Below are positions 26,973-36,588 of a stretch of 64,000 nucleotides of DNA, one piece after another. Position numbers and translations under genes: made by a program. How positions within the stretch are numbered: position 1 is the stretch's first letter; each line of letters starts with the position of its first letter. This DNA comes from Parcubacteria group bacterium GW2011_GWA1_56_13. GTDB lineage: Bacteria; Patescibacteriota; Minisyncoccia; Phycocordibacterales; Phycocordibacteraceae. The stretch covers positions 269,873-333,872 of the forward strand of contig LCRY01000002.1 of assembly GCA_001004905.1 (NCBI GenBank). Reading direction: 5' to 3'. The notes under the pieces are model-generated. The model had not been told where the DNA came from, ran no database searches, and was given only the letters and a program-made list of their open reading frames with translations.

Positions 26973-28052
26973 TTATACGGCCGCGTAACGACCGTCGCGC
27001 AAACGCTTGAAGTAGCGTGAATCATTCAGGTTCACGAGGATGGTGTTGTCCTTCACGAAGCGTGCTTTCTTGACGTGCTTGATTATCTCGTCTTTCTTCA
27101 GAGGACCGGTCCGTTCGAGGGTCTCGCGAATGACATCGCGCACGACGCCCGGTGTGTAGCCCCATTCGGTGAGCGCGTACAACCCGCGGCCCACCAGAAC
27201 GAAGCGCGGGTCCTTAATGAGTTCGTTGTGCGTGGTGGCGATATGGGCTTTCTTGGAGAAAAGCGAGCCAATCGCCGCGGCGACAGCGGAAAAGTGCATC
27301 GGAGCGCCGTGACGCTTGATGGCGAGATAGGCGTAGTCGCGAACGCCTTTGATGCGGATGGCGGGTGCCGTGGCGCGCCCCCATTCGGCGAGCGGATTTT
27401 TGCTGATGCGTTTGGAAAGCGAGAGCCAGCGTTTTAGTACTTCTTCGTTCTTGTACGCATCGTTGACGTCTTTAAGCTCCTCAAGAAAGCGGTCGAGGAG
27501 TTCTCCCTCCGGCATGACTTCGTCATCGGACAAAGAAGCATACAGTTTTGAGAGCGCTTCGTGAATATGCTTCGCCGTGGCGTGGTCAACGTGCCAGCGC
27601 GCAAGAAAATCGTTCGTTTCGCGCTCGCGGAAAAATCCCGAATCGAGCATTAGAAAAAAACGGAACCGATTGCGGCTCTTCTCGTCCTTTCCGAGCACGG
27701 ACAAAAGCGTTTCCTCGGGTATGACGGCGCCGAGCGACTCGATGTACCGAGTGAGTTCGCCGAAGGCCGCGTTCGCTTCCTTGAAGGCCTTGCTTGCGCG
27801 TACCGCCTCGAGTCCGGCCGCCTCTATCTGACGGACGCGCTCGCGTGTGATGCCCGTACGGTCGCCGATGGATTCGAGGGTTTCGCGTTCCGGAGCTGCG
27901 CCGAGCCCGAACCGGCGGATAAGTATCTCGCGGGCCCGTTCCGGAGCGGCCGAGAGGAGCTTCTTCGTGAGGGCGGCGCTGTCAAACGAAAACGAGGCGG
28001 CCGGGGCTGTGCGGTTCTTCGCCTGCATGCTTGTTTTGCTGACCTGATTCAT
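26973..28052 (-). CDS. Sigma70 region-4 HTH plus C-terminal winged-helix protein
   Basis: RRFGL...TLESIG...ITRERVRQIE; HNELIKDPRFVLVGRGLYALTEWG. Confidence 0.8.
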   Translation of the reverse strand: MNQVSKTSMQAKNRTAPAASFSFDSAALTKKLLSAAPERAREILIRRFGLGAAPERETLESIGDRTGITRERVRQIEAAGLEAVRASKAFKEANAAFGELTRYIESLGAVIPEETLLSVLGKDEKSRNRFRFFLMLDSGFFRERETNDFLARWHVDHATAKHIHEALSKLYASLSDDEVMPEGELLDRFLEELKDVNDAYKNEEVLKRWLSLSKRISKNPLAEWGRATAPAIRIKGVRDYAYLAIKRHGAPMHFSAVAAAIGSLFSKKAHIATTHNELIKDPRFVLVGRGLYALTEWGYTPGVVRDVIRETLERTGPLKKDEIIKHVKKARFVKDNTILVNLNDSRYFKRLRDGRYAAV

Positions 28053-28100
28053 GTGGTCTAATTTATAGCAAACGCACCATAAACAGTCAATGGGTTCGGT

Positions 28101-30941
28101 TTACGCTACGAGATTAACGATTCTGCCCGGCACATACACGACGCGGGAAGGGGTCTTCCCCGCCAAAGCGGCTGCGACGGCTGGAAGTTTCAAAGCTTCA
28201 GCCAACGCGTCAGCTTCGCCGGCCTCGTTCGGTAACCGAATGCTGCCTCGCTTGCGGCCGGCGACTTGTACAACGACTTCCGCCGTATCCGAAACGAGGT
28301 GCGCCGGATCGTATGCGGGCCAGGACGCAAGGTGGATGGAATACGGTTCGCCAAGCCGCTCCCAGAGTTCCTCGGTGATGTGCGGTGCAAATGGCGCCAA
28401 GAGCCGTAAAAACGCGCTCCACTGTTCATGACCGATCTTCCCCTCCTTCTCGACCGCGTTGAGGAAAATCATCGCCTGACTCACCGCCGTATTGAATTTG
28501 AACGTTTCGATATCTTCCCCTATCTTCTTGATGGTTTGGTGGACAAGCGGGTCGAGTGCCGCAACCGGAGCATCAACGACGAGTTCCTGCCCGGCCCACA
28601 GCCGTTCGAGGAAGCGGGCCGTACCCGCGATAGAGGCCATGCTCCATGCCGTCGTGTTCTCGAACGGACCCATGAACATCTCGTAGGCACGGAATGCGTC
28701 GGCGCCGTACTGTGCGACGACGTCGTCAGGATTGATGACGTTCCCGAGCCGCTTGCTCATTTTGCGTCCGTCTTCGGCGAGGATGAAGCCGAGGAATTCG
28801 AGGCGCGCGAACGGCTCGCTAGTGCTCACGACTGCGATGTCGTACAAAAATTTGTGCCAGAAACGCGCGTAGATGAGATGGCGTACGGCGTGGTCGCCGC
28901 CCACATAGACGTCCACCGGCGCCCAATGCTTTTCATTCTTGGCAGAGACCAATTCGTGGTCGTTATGCGGGTCCATGAACCGGAGGTAATACCAGGAGGA
29001 GCCCGCCCACTGCGGCATGGTGTTCGTTTCTCGTGTCGCGGGACCGCCGCATTTTGGGCAAGACGTGTTGACCCAATCATGTATCGCCGCGAGCGGTGAT
29101 TCGCCCGTCCCGGTCGGTTCATACTGGTCGACGTCGGGAAGCTGTACCGGCAGATCTTCATAGGGGACCGCGACAGCGCCATCCTTCTCGCAGTGGATGA
29201 TGGGGATCGGTTCGCCCCAGTAGCGCTGGCGGGAGAACACCCAGTCGCGAAGTTTGTACCGCACGACTTTTTTCCCGCCTACCGCTCCGGTCATTTCCCA
29301 CTTCGCCTCATCGCTGTTCCTGCCGGTATACTCGCCGGAATTAACGAGCGATCCGGTTCCGGTATACGGAGCCGGCCCGTTCTGCAAAAGACGCAACGAG
29401 TGTTGATGCGTCTCCGGCGTGAGGAATTTCGCAAGCTTGTCGGGCGTAAGCCACAATAATTCGTGCTTTGCTCCTTCTTCGGGTACCACGTCTTCCCGAG
29501 CGTCATCGGCAAGCTCGACGGAAAATATATGTGCATGGACGAGCTGATTTTTCTGTTTCGGCACGTGATAGAAAAGCCCGTCCACGACCCCGAGTTTCCC
29601 CGCGATCCTCGCGTGCAGATAGCCCGTTTCTTCACGGATTTCTTTCAGCACGGTTTCTTCGGGGGTCATTCCCTCTTCGACACCGCCGGTAAGAAATGTA
29701 CCCCAGGTGACATCCTTCCATTTGAGCCCGAGATATTTCTTCTCCTTCCAGTGCCGAATGATGGCGATAACGCCATTCTTTTCCAGGATCGGTTCGCCGG
29801 GACGATAGACGCCCGGCTGCGTCGTCTGAGTGTATCGCTGCGCGATGACCTGCCGGATAGGAAGATCCATCGCGCGTGCAAATTCGAAATCGCGCTCGTC
29901 GTGCGCGGGCACGGCCATGATGGCACCCGTGCCGTATGAGCCAAGCACGTAGTCGGCGACGTATATCGGTATTTCCTCCTTGGTCGCCGGATTCGTCGCC
30001 GTGACGCCTTCAAGCTTCACGCCGGTCTTTTTTTTCCCTTCCGCGCCGCGTTCTATCTCCGTTTTTGCCTCGGCGGCTTTGATATACGCCTCAACTTCCC
30101 TTGTATTCGCGATGCGTTCAAGGAGCGCTTGTCCCGTGGGGCCCTGGCGGAGCAGCGGATGCTCGGGCGCGAGTACGAGGTAGGTCGCGCCGAAGATCGT
30201 GTCCGGACGGGTGGTGAAAACCGTCACGGATCCGTCACCTACCACAAACGGTATCTCCGCGCCTTCGGAGCGGCCGATCCAATTGCGCTGCGCCTCCTTG
30301 ATGTGTTCGGGCCAATTGAGCGCGTTCAGGTCATCGAGCATGCGGTCGGCGTACTCGGTGATCTTGAGCACCCACTGCGGCAGGCGCTTCTTGATCACCG
30401 GCGTTCCGCAGCGCTCGCACACGTTCCCGTCAAGGTCTTCGTTGGCGAGTCCGGTCATGCACGACGGACACCAGTTAATGGGCTCGTCCGACTGGTACGC
30501 GAGTCCTTGCTCGAACAGTTTCAGGAATATCCACTGGGTCCATTTGTAATAGGCGGGGTCCGTCGTGTTTATTTCCCGCGTCCAGTCGTAATCGAAGCCG
30601 AGATGCGCAAGCTGCGCCTTGAAGCGGGCGATGTTCTGTTCGACGGCTTGGCGCGGGTGCGTTTTATTCTTGAGAGCGAAGTTCTCCGCGGGCAGGCCGA
30701 ACGCGTCCCAGCCCATGGGATGCAACACCGAGAATCCCTGCATGCGCTTTTTGCGCGAGAAGACGTCGGTTGCGATATATCCCTTCGGATGGCCAACATG
30801 CAGTCCTTCGCCCGACGGATACGGGAACATGTCGAGAACGTACACCTTCTCTTTCTCCGCGTCTTCGTTCGTGCGATAGAGGCCGTCCCGCTCCCAGCGT
30901 TCCTGCCACTTCTTCTCAATAGATGAACGGTCGTAGGCCAT
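28101..30941 (-). CDS. leuS: Leucine--tRNA ligase with an inserted Nudix domain
   Basis: MFPYPSG..HVGH, FTTRPDT, GTGAIMAVPAHDERD, SRQRYWGEPIP, KMSKR. Confidence 0.97.
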   Translation of the reverse strand: MAYDRSSIEKKWQERWERDGLYRTNEDAEKEKVYVLDMFPYPSGEGLHVGHPKGYIATDVFSRKKRMQGFSVLHPMGWDAFGLPAENFALKNKTHPRQAVEQNIARFKAQLAHLGFDYDWTREINTTDPAYYKWTQWIFLKLFEQGLAYQSDEPINWCPSCMTGLANEDLDGNVCERCGTPVIKKRLPQWVLKITEYADRMLDDLNALNWPEHIKEAQRNWIGRSEGAEIPFVVGDGSVTVFTTRPDTIFGATYLVLAPEHPLLRQGPTGQALLERIANTREVEAYIKAAEAKTEIERGAEGKKKTGVKLEGVTATNPATKEEIPIYVADYVLGSYGTGAIMAVPAHDERDFEFARAMDLPIRQVIAQRYTQTTQPGVYRPGEPILEKNGVIAIIRHWKEKKYLGLKWKDVTWGTFLTGGVEEGMTPEETVLKEIREETGYLHARIAGKLGVVDGLFYHVPKQKNQLVHAHIFSVELADDAREDVVPEEGAKHELLWLTPDKLAKFLTPETHQHSLRLLQNGPAPYTGTGSLVNSGEYTGRNSDEAKWEMTGAVGGKKVVRYKLRDWVFSRQRYWGEPIPIIHCEKDGAVAVPYEDLPVQLPDVDQYEPTGTGESPLAAIHDWVNTSCPKCGGPATRETNTMPQWAGSSWYYLRFMDPHNDHELVSAKNEKHWAPVDVYVGGDHAVRHLIYARFWHKFLYDIAVVSTSEPFARLEFLGFILAEDGRKMSKRLGNVINPDDVVAQYGADAFRAYEMFMGPFENTTAWSMASIAGTARFLERLWAGQELVVDAPVAALDPLVHQTIKKIGEDIETFKFNTAVSQAMIFLNAVEKEGKIGHEQWSAFLRLLAPFAPHITEELWERLGEPYSIHLASWPAYDPAHLVSDTAEVVVQVAGRKRGSIRLPNEAGEADALAEALKLPAVAAALAGKTPSRVVYVPGRIVNLVA

Positions 30942-30970
30942 TTCGCCAAGTAGGTGACACCAGCCCGCCG

Positions 30971-31915
30971 TTAGAGTTGTTTGGTGAGCGGCGGATAGAA
31001 GCTAGGGTCAATGGTGCGGTCAAAACAGACCTGACCGCTCCCGTGCTGCCAATTGTCCTGCGCCATTCCCTTGATGCCCTCCGGCACTGCCGGAACGGAA
31101 CGCGCATAGTTCACCCGACTTTCCTTGTTGAACTCCGCGCAAAGCTTGAAGGAAAGCGCTCCGGTAGCCTGATAGATATACTGCTTTCCGGTCTGCGGGT
31201 CTGTCGGCAAAGGGCCGTAGGAGAGAGGGTCGCTTAGAGCCGCAAGCGACGACGGCAGCTGCCGCTTCGCCTGCCAATAGCTCGTAACACGCGACTGGAT
31301 GTCTTGGAGACCGGACACCTTCTGCGCATCGAGCCGTGCGAGGCGCGCATCGGCCGGAGTACCGACGATGAAGAAACCCGACAGTATCGTTACGAACGCG
31401 AGAACCCCGACGCCGATGCCCACAAAGCGTTTCCGTCCGGGGAATCGCTCCCAATACCCCTTGAGGTCGGCGCTGAAGTGCATAAAAGCGCCGGCAGCAA
31501 TGAGCAGGATGACAAGTACCTTGAGAAGAAATGCGGTTGTAAGCTCCTCTCCGTTGAGGAACGTGGTGAGGAGCATGATGAGGTCCACCGCTATCGCTAC
31601 GCCAGCGACAAAAAGCGTGAGAATAAGCGCCCAGCGGCGCACCCAAATGTCCTTGCGGGACGGGTCGCGGGCGATATCTGCGCGAATGAGCCGCATGAGG
31701 AACATATAGAGCGGCAGAAGGACGATGACGGATGCCATCTGGTAACTGATACCGCTCTGGTACGGGTCGGAGGGATAGTACGTGAGTACGTTCGGGAACG
31801 TGTAGTCGATGTAATTGAAAACAAGGAAGATGAACGCGATAATGCTCCAGTAAAATGCGACCATCGCGCCCGCCCACAAAAAGAAATCTTTTGCAGTTAT
31901 TTTCGGTTTGTCCAT
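30971..31915 (-). CDS. DUF5671-like membrane protein
   Basis: Five TMs, VGTPADAR..RLD, DPQTGKQY.Y....FKLCAEF. Confidence 0.7.
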   Translation of the reverse strand: MDKPKITAKDFFLWAGAMVAFYWSIIAFIFLVFNYIDYTFPNVLTYYPSDPYQSGISYQMASVIVLLPLYMFLMRLIRADIARDPSRKDIWVRRWALILTLFVAGVAIAVDLIMLLTTFLNGEELTTAFLLKVLVILLIAAGAFMHFSADLKGYWERFPGRKRFVGIGVGVLAFVTILSGFFIVGTPADARLARLDAQKVSGLQDIQSRVTSYWQAKRQLPSSLAALSDPLSYGPLPTDPQTGKQYIYQATGALSFKLCAEFNKESRVNYARSVPAVPEGIKGMAQDNWQHGSGQVCFDRTIDPSFYPPLTKQL

Positions 31916-32254
31916 AGAGGCGGATTATACCATAAAAATGATTCACCCCACCGTCCGAGTCCCTGTCGGGGGTGGGGTGTTTGCTACTGCGTCTTGCGGC
32001 GAGGGAGCGGGCGGTCATCGTAGGCCGCCCGCGCCCAGCCGGCGCCCGCGGTTCAGCGGCGTAAGCCCTGGACGGCGACCGTCATGCCGAAGTTCATCGA
32101 AATAAGGCCTCTGGCGGTGCTGTTGCGCGGCGGATCCGTTGTGTGCCTTTTCATCTTCTCTCCTTGAAAGAAAAAGAACGCCGCTCCTCCCACATGGCGA
32201 TGTGGTAAGCGACGAAGATATAGTACAACGGTCATTACCTATTTGTCAAGTGCG

Positions 32255-33352
32255 TCAGCCGTGGAGAAAAATTACGACGTCGCCGTCCTGTACGATATAG
32301 TCCTTCCCTTCTGTGCGGACTTTCGCCGCTTCGCGCGCGGCAATCCAGCTGCCTGCGGCAAGCAGATCGTCGGTGGAGACGACTTCGGCGCGAATGAACT
32401 TTTCCATGAAGTCGTGGTGGATAGCGGCGCCCGCGACGGGCGCCGCGCTCCCGGCGGGCACTGTCCACGCGCGGGTCTCGTCCTCTCCGGTCGTGAAAAA
32501 TGAGATGAGGCCGAGCGTGTCATACGCGCCGCGGATAAGACCGGCGAGACCGTCCTCATTCACGCCGAGCTCCTGCCGGAAACCCTGCCGGTCGCTGTCG
32601 GCGACATCATTCAGTTCCCGTTCGGTCGCCGCATCAACCATGACGAAACGCGCGTCGAGTGATTTGATGAGTTCATAGGCGCGCTCCGCGCGACCGTCGA
32701 CAAGCTCGTCGAGGTTATGCCCACCGTTCTTCTGATTGAGCGCGTAGAGAACGGGTTTCATCGTGAGGAGATTCAGGTGCGCGACGCTTTTCTTTTCATC
32801 ATCCGTGAGCGCGGCATGAAGCGCGAACGTTCCCATAGAAAACGCCCGTTCGAGTTTCGTGAGTGCGGCGTCTTCAATTATCGCCTTCTTGTCGCCGGAC
32901 CTGAGGTCTCCGGCGAGCTTATCGCGCCGCTTCCTCACCTGCTCCGCATCGGCAAGCACGAGTTCGAGATTGATTATTTCCATGTCCCGATAGGGTTCAA
33001 CATTCTCTTCCACATGGAGCACGTTCGGGTCATCAAAGAAACGGACGACTTGCAGTATCGCGTCCGTCTCGCGGATGTGCGTGAGGAACTGATTCCCGAG
33101 CCCCTGACCTTCTGCGGCACCCTTTACGAGCCCCGCAATATCCACGAATTCTATGGCCGCCGGAATTGTTTTCGCCGATCTGGAAAGTGTTGACAGTTTT
33201 TCCAGCCGCGCATCCGGGACTCCCACTATCCCGACGGACGGGTCGATGGTGCAGAACGGATAGTTCTCCGCCGGTACCGAGGCCTTCGTCAGTGCGTTAA
33301 ACAATGTCGACTTCCCCACGTTGGGAAGTCCTACGATGCCTATTTTCAGCAT
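32255..33352 (-). CDS. ychF: Ribosome-binding ATPase YchF
   Basis: GLPNVGKST, NYPFCTIDP, DIAGLVKGA, EGKDYIVQDGD. Confidence 0.97.
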   Translation of the reverse strand: MLKIGIVGLPNVGKSTLFNALTKASVPAENYPFCTIDPSVGIVGVPDARLEKLSTLSRSAKTIPAAIEFVDIAGLVKGAAEGQGLGNQFLTHIRETDAILQVVRFFDDPNVLHVEENVEPYRDMEIINLELVLADAEQVRKRRDKLAGDLRSGDKKAIIEDAALTKLERAFSMGTFALHAALTDDEKKSVAHLNLLTMKPVLYALNQKNGGHNLDELVDGRAERAYELIKSLDARFVMVDAATERELNDVADSDRQGFRQELGVNEDGLAGLIRGAYDTLGLISFFTTGEDETRAWTVPAGSAAPVAGAAIHHDFMEKFIRAEVVSTDDLLAAGSWIAAREAAKVRTEGKDYIVQDGDVVIFLHG

Positions 33353-33449
33353 GGAGCTACTATCTCATACCTTCAGGATTTATTCACCCACTCCCGATCT
33401 ACCGGGGCGGTCGAGTTGCCCGACAGTCGAGCTCGTGAGGACAGAACGA

Positions 33450-33680
33450 CTATTTCTGCATCAGTGCGGTAAGTTCGGAGCGGTATTTTTTCATTACCTC
33501 CATCGCCGCCTTCATTTCGCTCTCGCCGCCCTTTTTGCGCCGCTCAATCTCCTCGCCTATTTTTTTGAAAAGCTGCGGGTCCTTGGTAACGAGCGCGGTC
33601 ATCTGTTCGCGCTGTTCCTTCGGCACGTCTTTCATTTTCCACTTGGCGTACAGGTTGAGAAGAAAACTTTGAAATGACAT
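33450..33680 (-). CDS. Small helical hypothetical protein
   Basis: Leaderless-type start after TACCAT; coherent helical ORF. Confidence 0.7.
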   Translation of the reverse strand: MSFQSFLLNLYAKWKMKDVPKEQREQMTALVTKDPQLFKKIGEEIERRKKGGESEMKAAMEVMKKYRSELTALMQK

Positions 33681-33714
33681 AGGGGGATATGGTAGCACGC
33701 GAATCGAAACGGTG

Positions 33715-34131
33715 TTAGAACCTTGGTCGTTGGGTGATGCCGCGAATGGTGCGCGTACTCAAATACAGGGCGACAAGCGAAAGGATCGCGAGTATCTCGA
33801 CGTACAGGAAGGATGGTTCGAACAAACTTATTCCCGCGCGATAGTGACTCACGGCGGCGATACCGAAAATGAGCGTGCCGAGAGCGGCCAGGATCCCGTT
33901 GAACCAGTGAATTCCCCGTTGAGCCGGGTTGGTAACGCCCGCCGCAACGACGAGTATTACGGCCGAGAACACCGCGCCGGTGGTCGAAAGCGGAAGCTCC
34001 GCGCCGGTAGACTGCGCGACGATGATGAGAACCGCGCCGACCACGAACAGCGCCCGGACCCCGTCGCCGTGATAGTGCGGTATCTCCCGTCGCGGTGGGA
34101 CGCTCTCTCCGCCATCTTCGCCGAAGGCCAT
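33715..34131 (-). CDS. Four-TM membrane protein
   Basis: HYHGDGVRALF followed by four hydrophobic helices. Confidence 0.75.
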   Translation of the reverse strand: MAFGEDGGESVPPRREIPHYHGDGVRALFVVGAVLIIVAQSTGAELPLSTTGAVFSAVILVVAAGVTNPAQRGIHWFNGILAALGTLIFGIAAVSHYRAGISLFEPSFLYVEILAILSLVALYLSTRTIRGITQRPRF

Positions 34132-34229
34132 ATCTCCCCAAGTATACGCCTGTCAAGATATGCGCAAGCCCCCATGGGGATAGCCAAAAAAGACCGCGAC
34201 GCGTGGTCGCGGCCCGTCCTCCGAGGATA

Positions 34230-34700
34230 TCAGGCGCTTAGGAATATCCGGTTGTCTTCCCAAGCGAACTGCCCGCCTCTTTTGACGCGAATCCGCCTGC
34301 CAGGTCCGCGCTCGACGACAAGGTACGAGCCTTTCCTTGGGTGCAATTCGGCGACGATGGCCATGAGGAGCGCCCACGCGGCTTTCGAATTGTCCTTCGT
34401 GTAGTTGCAAAGCTGTACTTCGCCCTGCAGGTGAAGGTCCTGCGGCCACGTTTCGGTCCGTACATGCGATTCCTGGATCGATTCGAACACCGACATCGCT
34501 CCCGGTTCCCAGCCATGACCCTCGTCGACGAAACCCGAGCGCCAGGTCATTTCGACCCGTTTGATCGCTTCGCGGATGACCCGGCGGAGATTTTCCCGCT
34601 CGAATATGCCGAAGCGCTTTGCGTCTTCCGCGGTGAAGTACAAGTCGAACAGGATGTTCGTACTGCCGCGCCCGCGTTGGCGCGATGTCCCTTGCTCCAT
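34230..34700 (-). CDS. Divergent S-adenosylmethionine decarboxylase-like pyruvoyl proenzyme
   Basis: IQESHVRTETWPQ...VQLCNY resembles the ESH.SIHTWPE...C motif; AAGGAG SD. Confidence 0.65.
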   Translation of the reverse strand: MEQGTSRQRGRGSTNILFDLYFTAEDAKRFGIFERENLRRVIREAIKRVEMTWRSGFVDEGHGWEPGAMSVFESIQESHVRTETWPQDLHLQGEVQLCNYTKDNSKAAWALLMAIVAELHPRKGSYLVVERGPGRRIRVKRGGQFAWEDNRIFLSA

Positions 34701-34881
34701 GATGTGTCTCCTTCCGTAAGGACATCCGCACCATTGCGGATGCTGACTATACTAAGGAGTAGTATAGGAAAAATTACAGAATACGTATGCCCAAAGGCAA
34801 CGCCTGTGGACAGCGTGTTGCGTATCGCCCAAGGGAGTATACTGTACGGGTCTGTTAGCATTAAGAAATAAACCCTGCACT

Positions 34882-35133
34882 ATGGCAATGAATCCAGCTC
34901 TGTCTAAGCCGCTTAATCTCTCCGCCGACCTCGAAGCGGTCGTCGGCAAGGGACCGCTCCCGAGAACCGAAGTGGTGAAGAAACTGTGGGAGTACATCAA
35001 GAAGAATAACCTTCAGAATCCGCAAAATAAGAGGAATATCCTCGCGGATGACAAATTGAAGGCGATATTCGGCGGCAAGAGCGAAGTTACCATGTTCGAG
35101 ATGACCAAACTCGTCTCGGCGCACATGAAATAG
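34882..35133 (+). CDS. Stand-alone SWIB/MDM2-domain protein
   Basis: LSADLEAVVG...RTEVVKKLWEYIKKNNLQNP.NKRNILADDKL. Confidence 0.92.
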   Translation: MAMNPALSKPLNLSADLEAVVGKGPLPRTEVVKKLWEYIKKNNLQNPQNKRNILADDKLKAIFGGKSEVTMFEMTKLVSAHMK

Positions 35134-35181
35134 CGCCGATAGGCATACGGAAGCAAAACCCGCCAAAGGCGGGTTTTGCTT

Positions 35182-35583
35182 TTACGGAACGGCCTGCGTG
35201 CAGAATTTACAGCGCTTTGCGGTGATAGGTATCTCGCTTAGGCACTCCTGGCATTTTTTGGTCGTTGGGTCCGCCGGAGGCCCTTTATGCGAATGGGAAA
35301 TAAGCAGGTTTATCGGTTTTACGATAAAAAAGAAGACGGTTGTGGCGATGAGCAGGAAGGAAATGAGCGCGTTGAGGAAATGTCCGTAGAGGAACTTGCT
35401 GCCATTCACCGTGAAAGAGAGGTCGCTAAAATCAGGGACCATGGCGATAGCCGCGATGAGTGGGGTGATGAAGTCCGAGACGAGCGCCGTCACCACCGCT
35501 CCGAAAGCCGCGCCGATCACGACGCCAACGGCGAGGTCGATCACGTTCCCGCGCAATAGGAATTGTTTCAGTTCTTTCAGCAT
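35182..35583 (-). CDS. mscL: Large-conductance mechanosensitive channel with a C-terminal zinc ribbon
   Basis: FLLRGNVIDLAVGVVIGAAF; CQEC...CKFC. Confidence 0.93.
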   Translation of the reverse strand: MLKELKQFLLRGNVIDLAVGVVIGAAFGAVVTALVSDFITPLIAAIAMVPDFSDLSFTVNGSKFLYGHFLNALISFLLIATTVFFFIVKPINLLISHSHKGPPADPTTKKCQECLSEIPITAKRCKFCTQAVP

Positions 35584-35622
35584 GGGGAAAGTATACCAGG
35601 ACCGATCCGTTCACTGAATTTG

Positions 35623-35695
35623 TGGACCCGAGGGGAATCGAACCCCTTGCCTCGTGCATGCCATGCACGCGCTCTACCAAGTGAGCTACGGGCCC
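35623..35695 (-). tRNA. tRNA-Ala(GGC)
   Basis: Cloverleaf GGGCCCG...; loop ATGGCAT; G3:U70; CCA not encoded. Confidence 0.93.
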
Positions 35696-36381
35696 TTTTT
35701 ACTAAAACTCGTCATCACCTGTTGGGCTATTCGTTTCAGTTCCAAATCAACGGCCGAAGAGAAATAATCGATGCGGCATACTCCTTTGTACTCTCTCTTC
35801 TCAGAGACTCGTCCCAAAGTCCGTTTATCGACCCGCGCTCCGTAGAACTGACTAAGAGGAATTCTCGTTGTTTCTGACCAGAACTTTTCAAGTTTTTTGA
35901 TATCCTGGTCGGCCCTACACTGCAGGGTGCAGCGGAACTTTCGTTCGTCTAATTTGTAGCATTCTCTCATTAAGTTTACAAACATAAGCACTATCGCTGG
36001 ATCAGAATTGCCGAACATCAGCGAGCCACGAGATGATTTGGACCCTTCGGCGAGATAAAGGACGGCTAAGACAATCTTTCTTGTGCGATTGTCTGCGGCA
36101 AAAACATGGAGTAAATCCTTATTTTGCGCGTCCAAACTTTCAAAGAAGGCTTGTTGGCGCTCTTTTCTCTTTCTGGAGGAGATCTCCTGGGCTTTGGCGA
36201 AGTTCAACTTGTTCAGCTTTTGTACCTTAACGTGATAACTTCTCGGCAAAGTGATATTCCGGCACCAGTAACTCAATGTGCTCTTGGGAATGTCAATCTT
36301 CAGAAGCCTCTTGATTTCAGAGTACGTCTTGCCTTTCCGACGAAGCTGCGCCGCTCGTTCTTGCGATGATACCGGCAACAT
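35686..36381 (-). CDS. HTH plus LAGLIDADG-like protein, tRNA-associated
   Basis: LRRKGKTYSEI...KSTLSYW HTH; VLYLAEGSK...FGNSDP...FWS; stop codon lies inside tRNA-Ala(GGC). Confidence 0.65.
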   Translation of the reverse strand: MLPVSSQERAAQLRRKGKTYSEIKRLLKIDIPKSTLSYWCRNITLPRSYHVKVQKLNKLNFAKAQEISSRKRKERQQAFFESLDAQNKDLLHVFAADNRTRKIVLAVLYLAEGSKSSRGSLMFGNSDPAIVLMFVNLMRECYKLDERKFRCTLQCRADQDIKKLEKFWSETTRIPLSQFYGARVDKRTLGRVSEKREYKGVCRIDYFSSAVDLELKRIAQQVMTSFSKKGP

Positions 36382-36478
36382 GGGAATATTGTACCCCTAA
36401 TACCTCCATCGGCACTTGCGCACCGTGTACAATTTGTGGACCGTAGCGGATTTGAACCGCTGACCTCGTCAATGTTCA

Positions 36479-36588
36479 CCCCGTTAGATATCTCTTCGGT
36501 GGACCTGGGGGGATTTGAACCCCCTACCTCGTCAATGCGAATGACGCGCTCTACCAATTGAGCTACAGGCCCATATTATCTAACGGGG
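36479..36588. mobile_element. CCCGTTAG-family element carrying tRNA-Ala(CGC)
   Basis: Perfect 12-bp IR CCCCGTTAGATA / TATCTAACGGGG. Confidence 0.8.
36500..36572 (-). tRNA. tRNA-Ala(CGC), nested
   Basis: Complete 73-nt cloverleaf, loop TTCGCAT, G3:U70. Confidence 0.93.

Noticed and set aside
32053-32154. 33-codon SD-led ORF (MKRHTTDPP...) downstream of ychF
   Set aside because: Has AAGGAG and a downstream hairpin at 31944-31979, but is too short and featureless to call; may be a decayed cassette
35155-35182. GC hairpins between convergent genes (also 26929-26960, 47186-47222, 53326-53353)
   Set aside because: Ordinary intrinsic terminators with no shared sequence family
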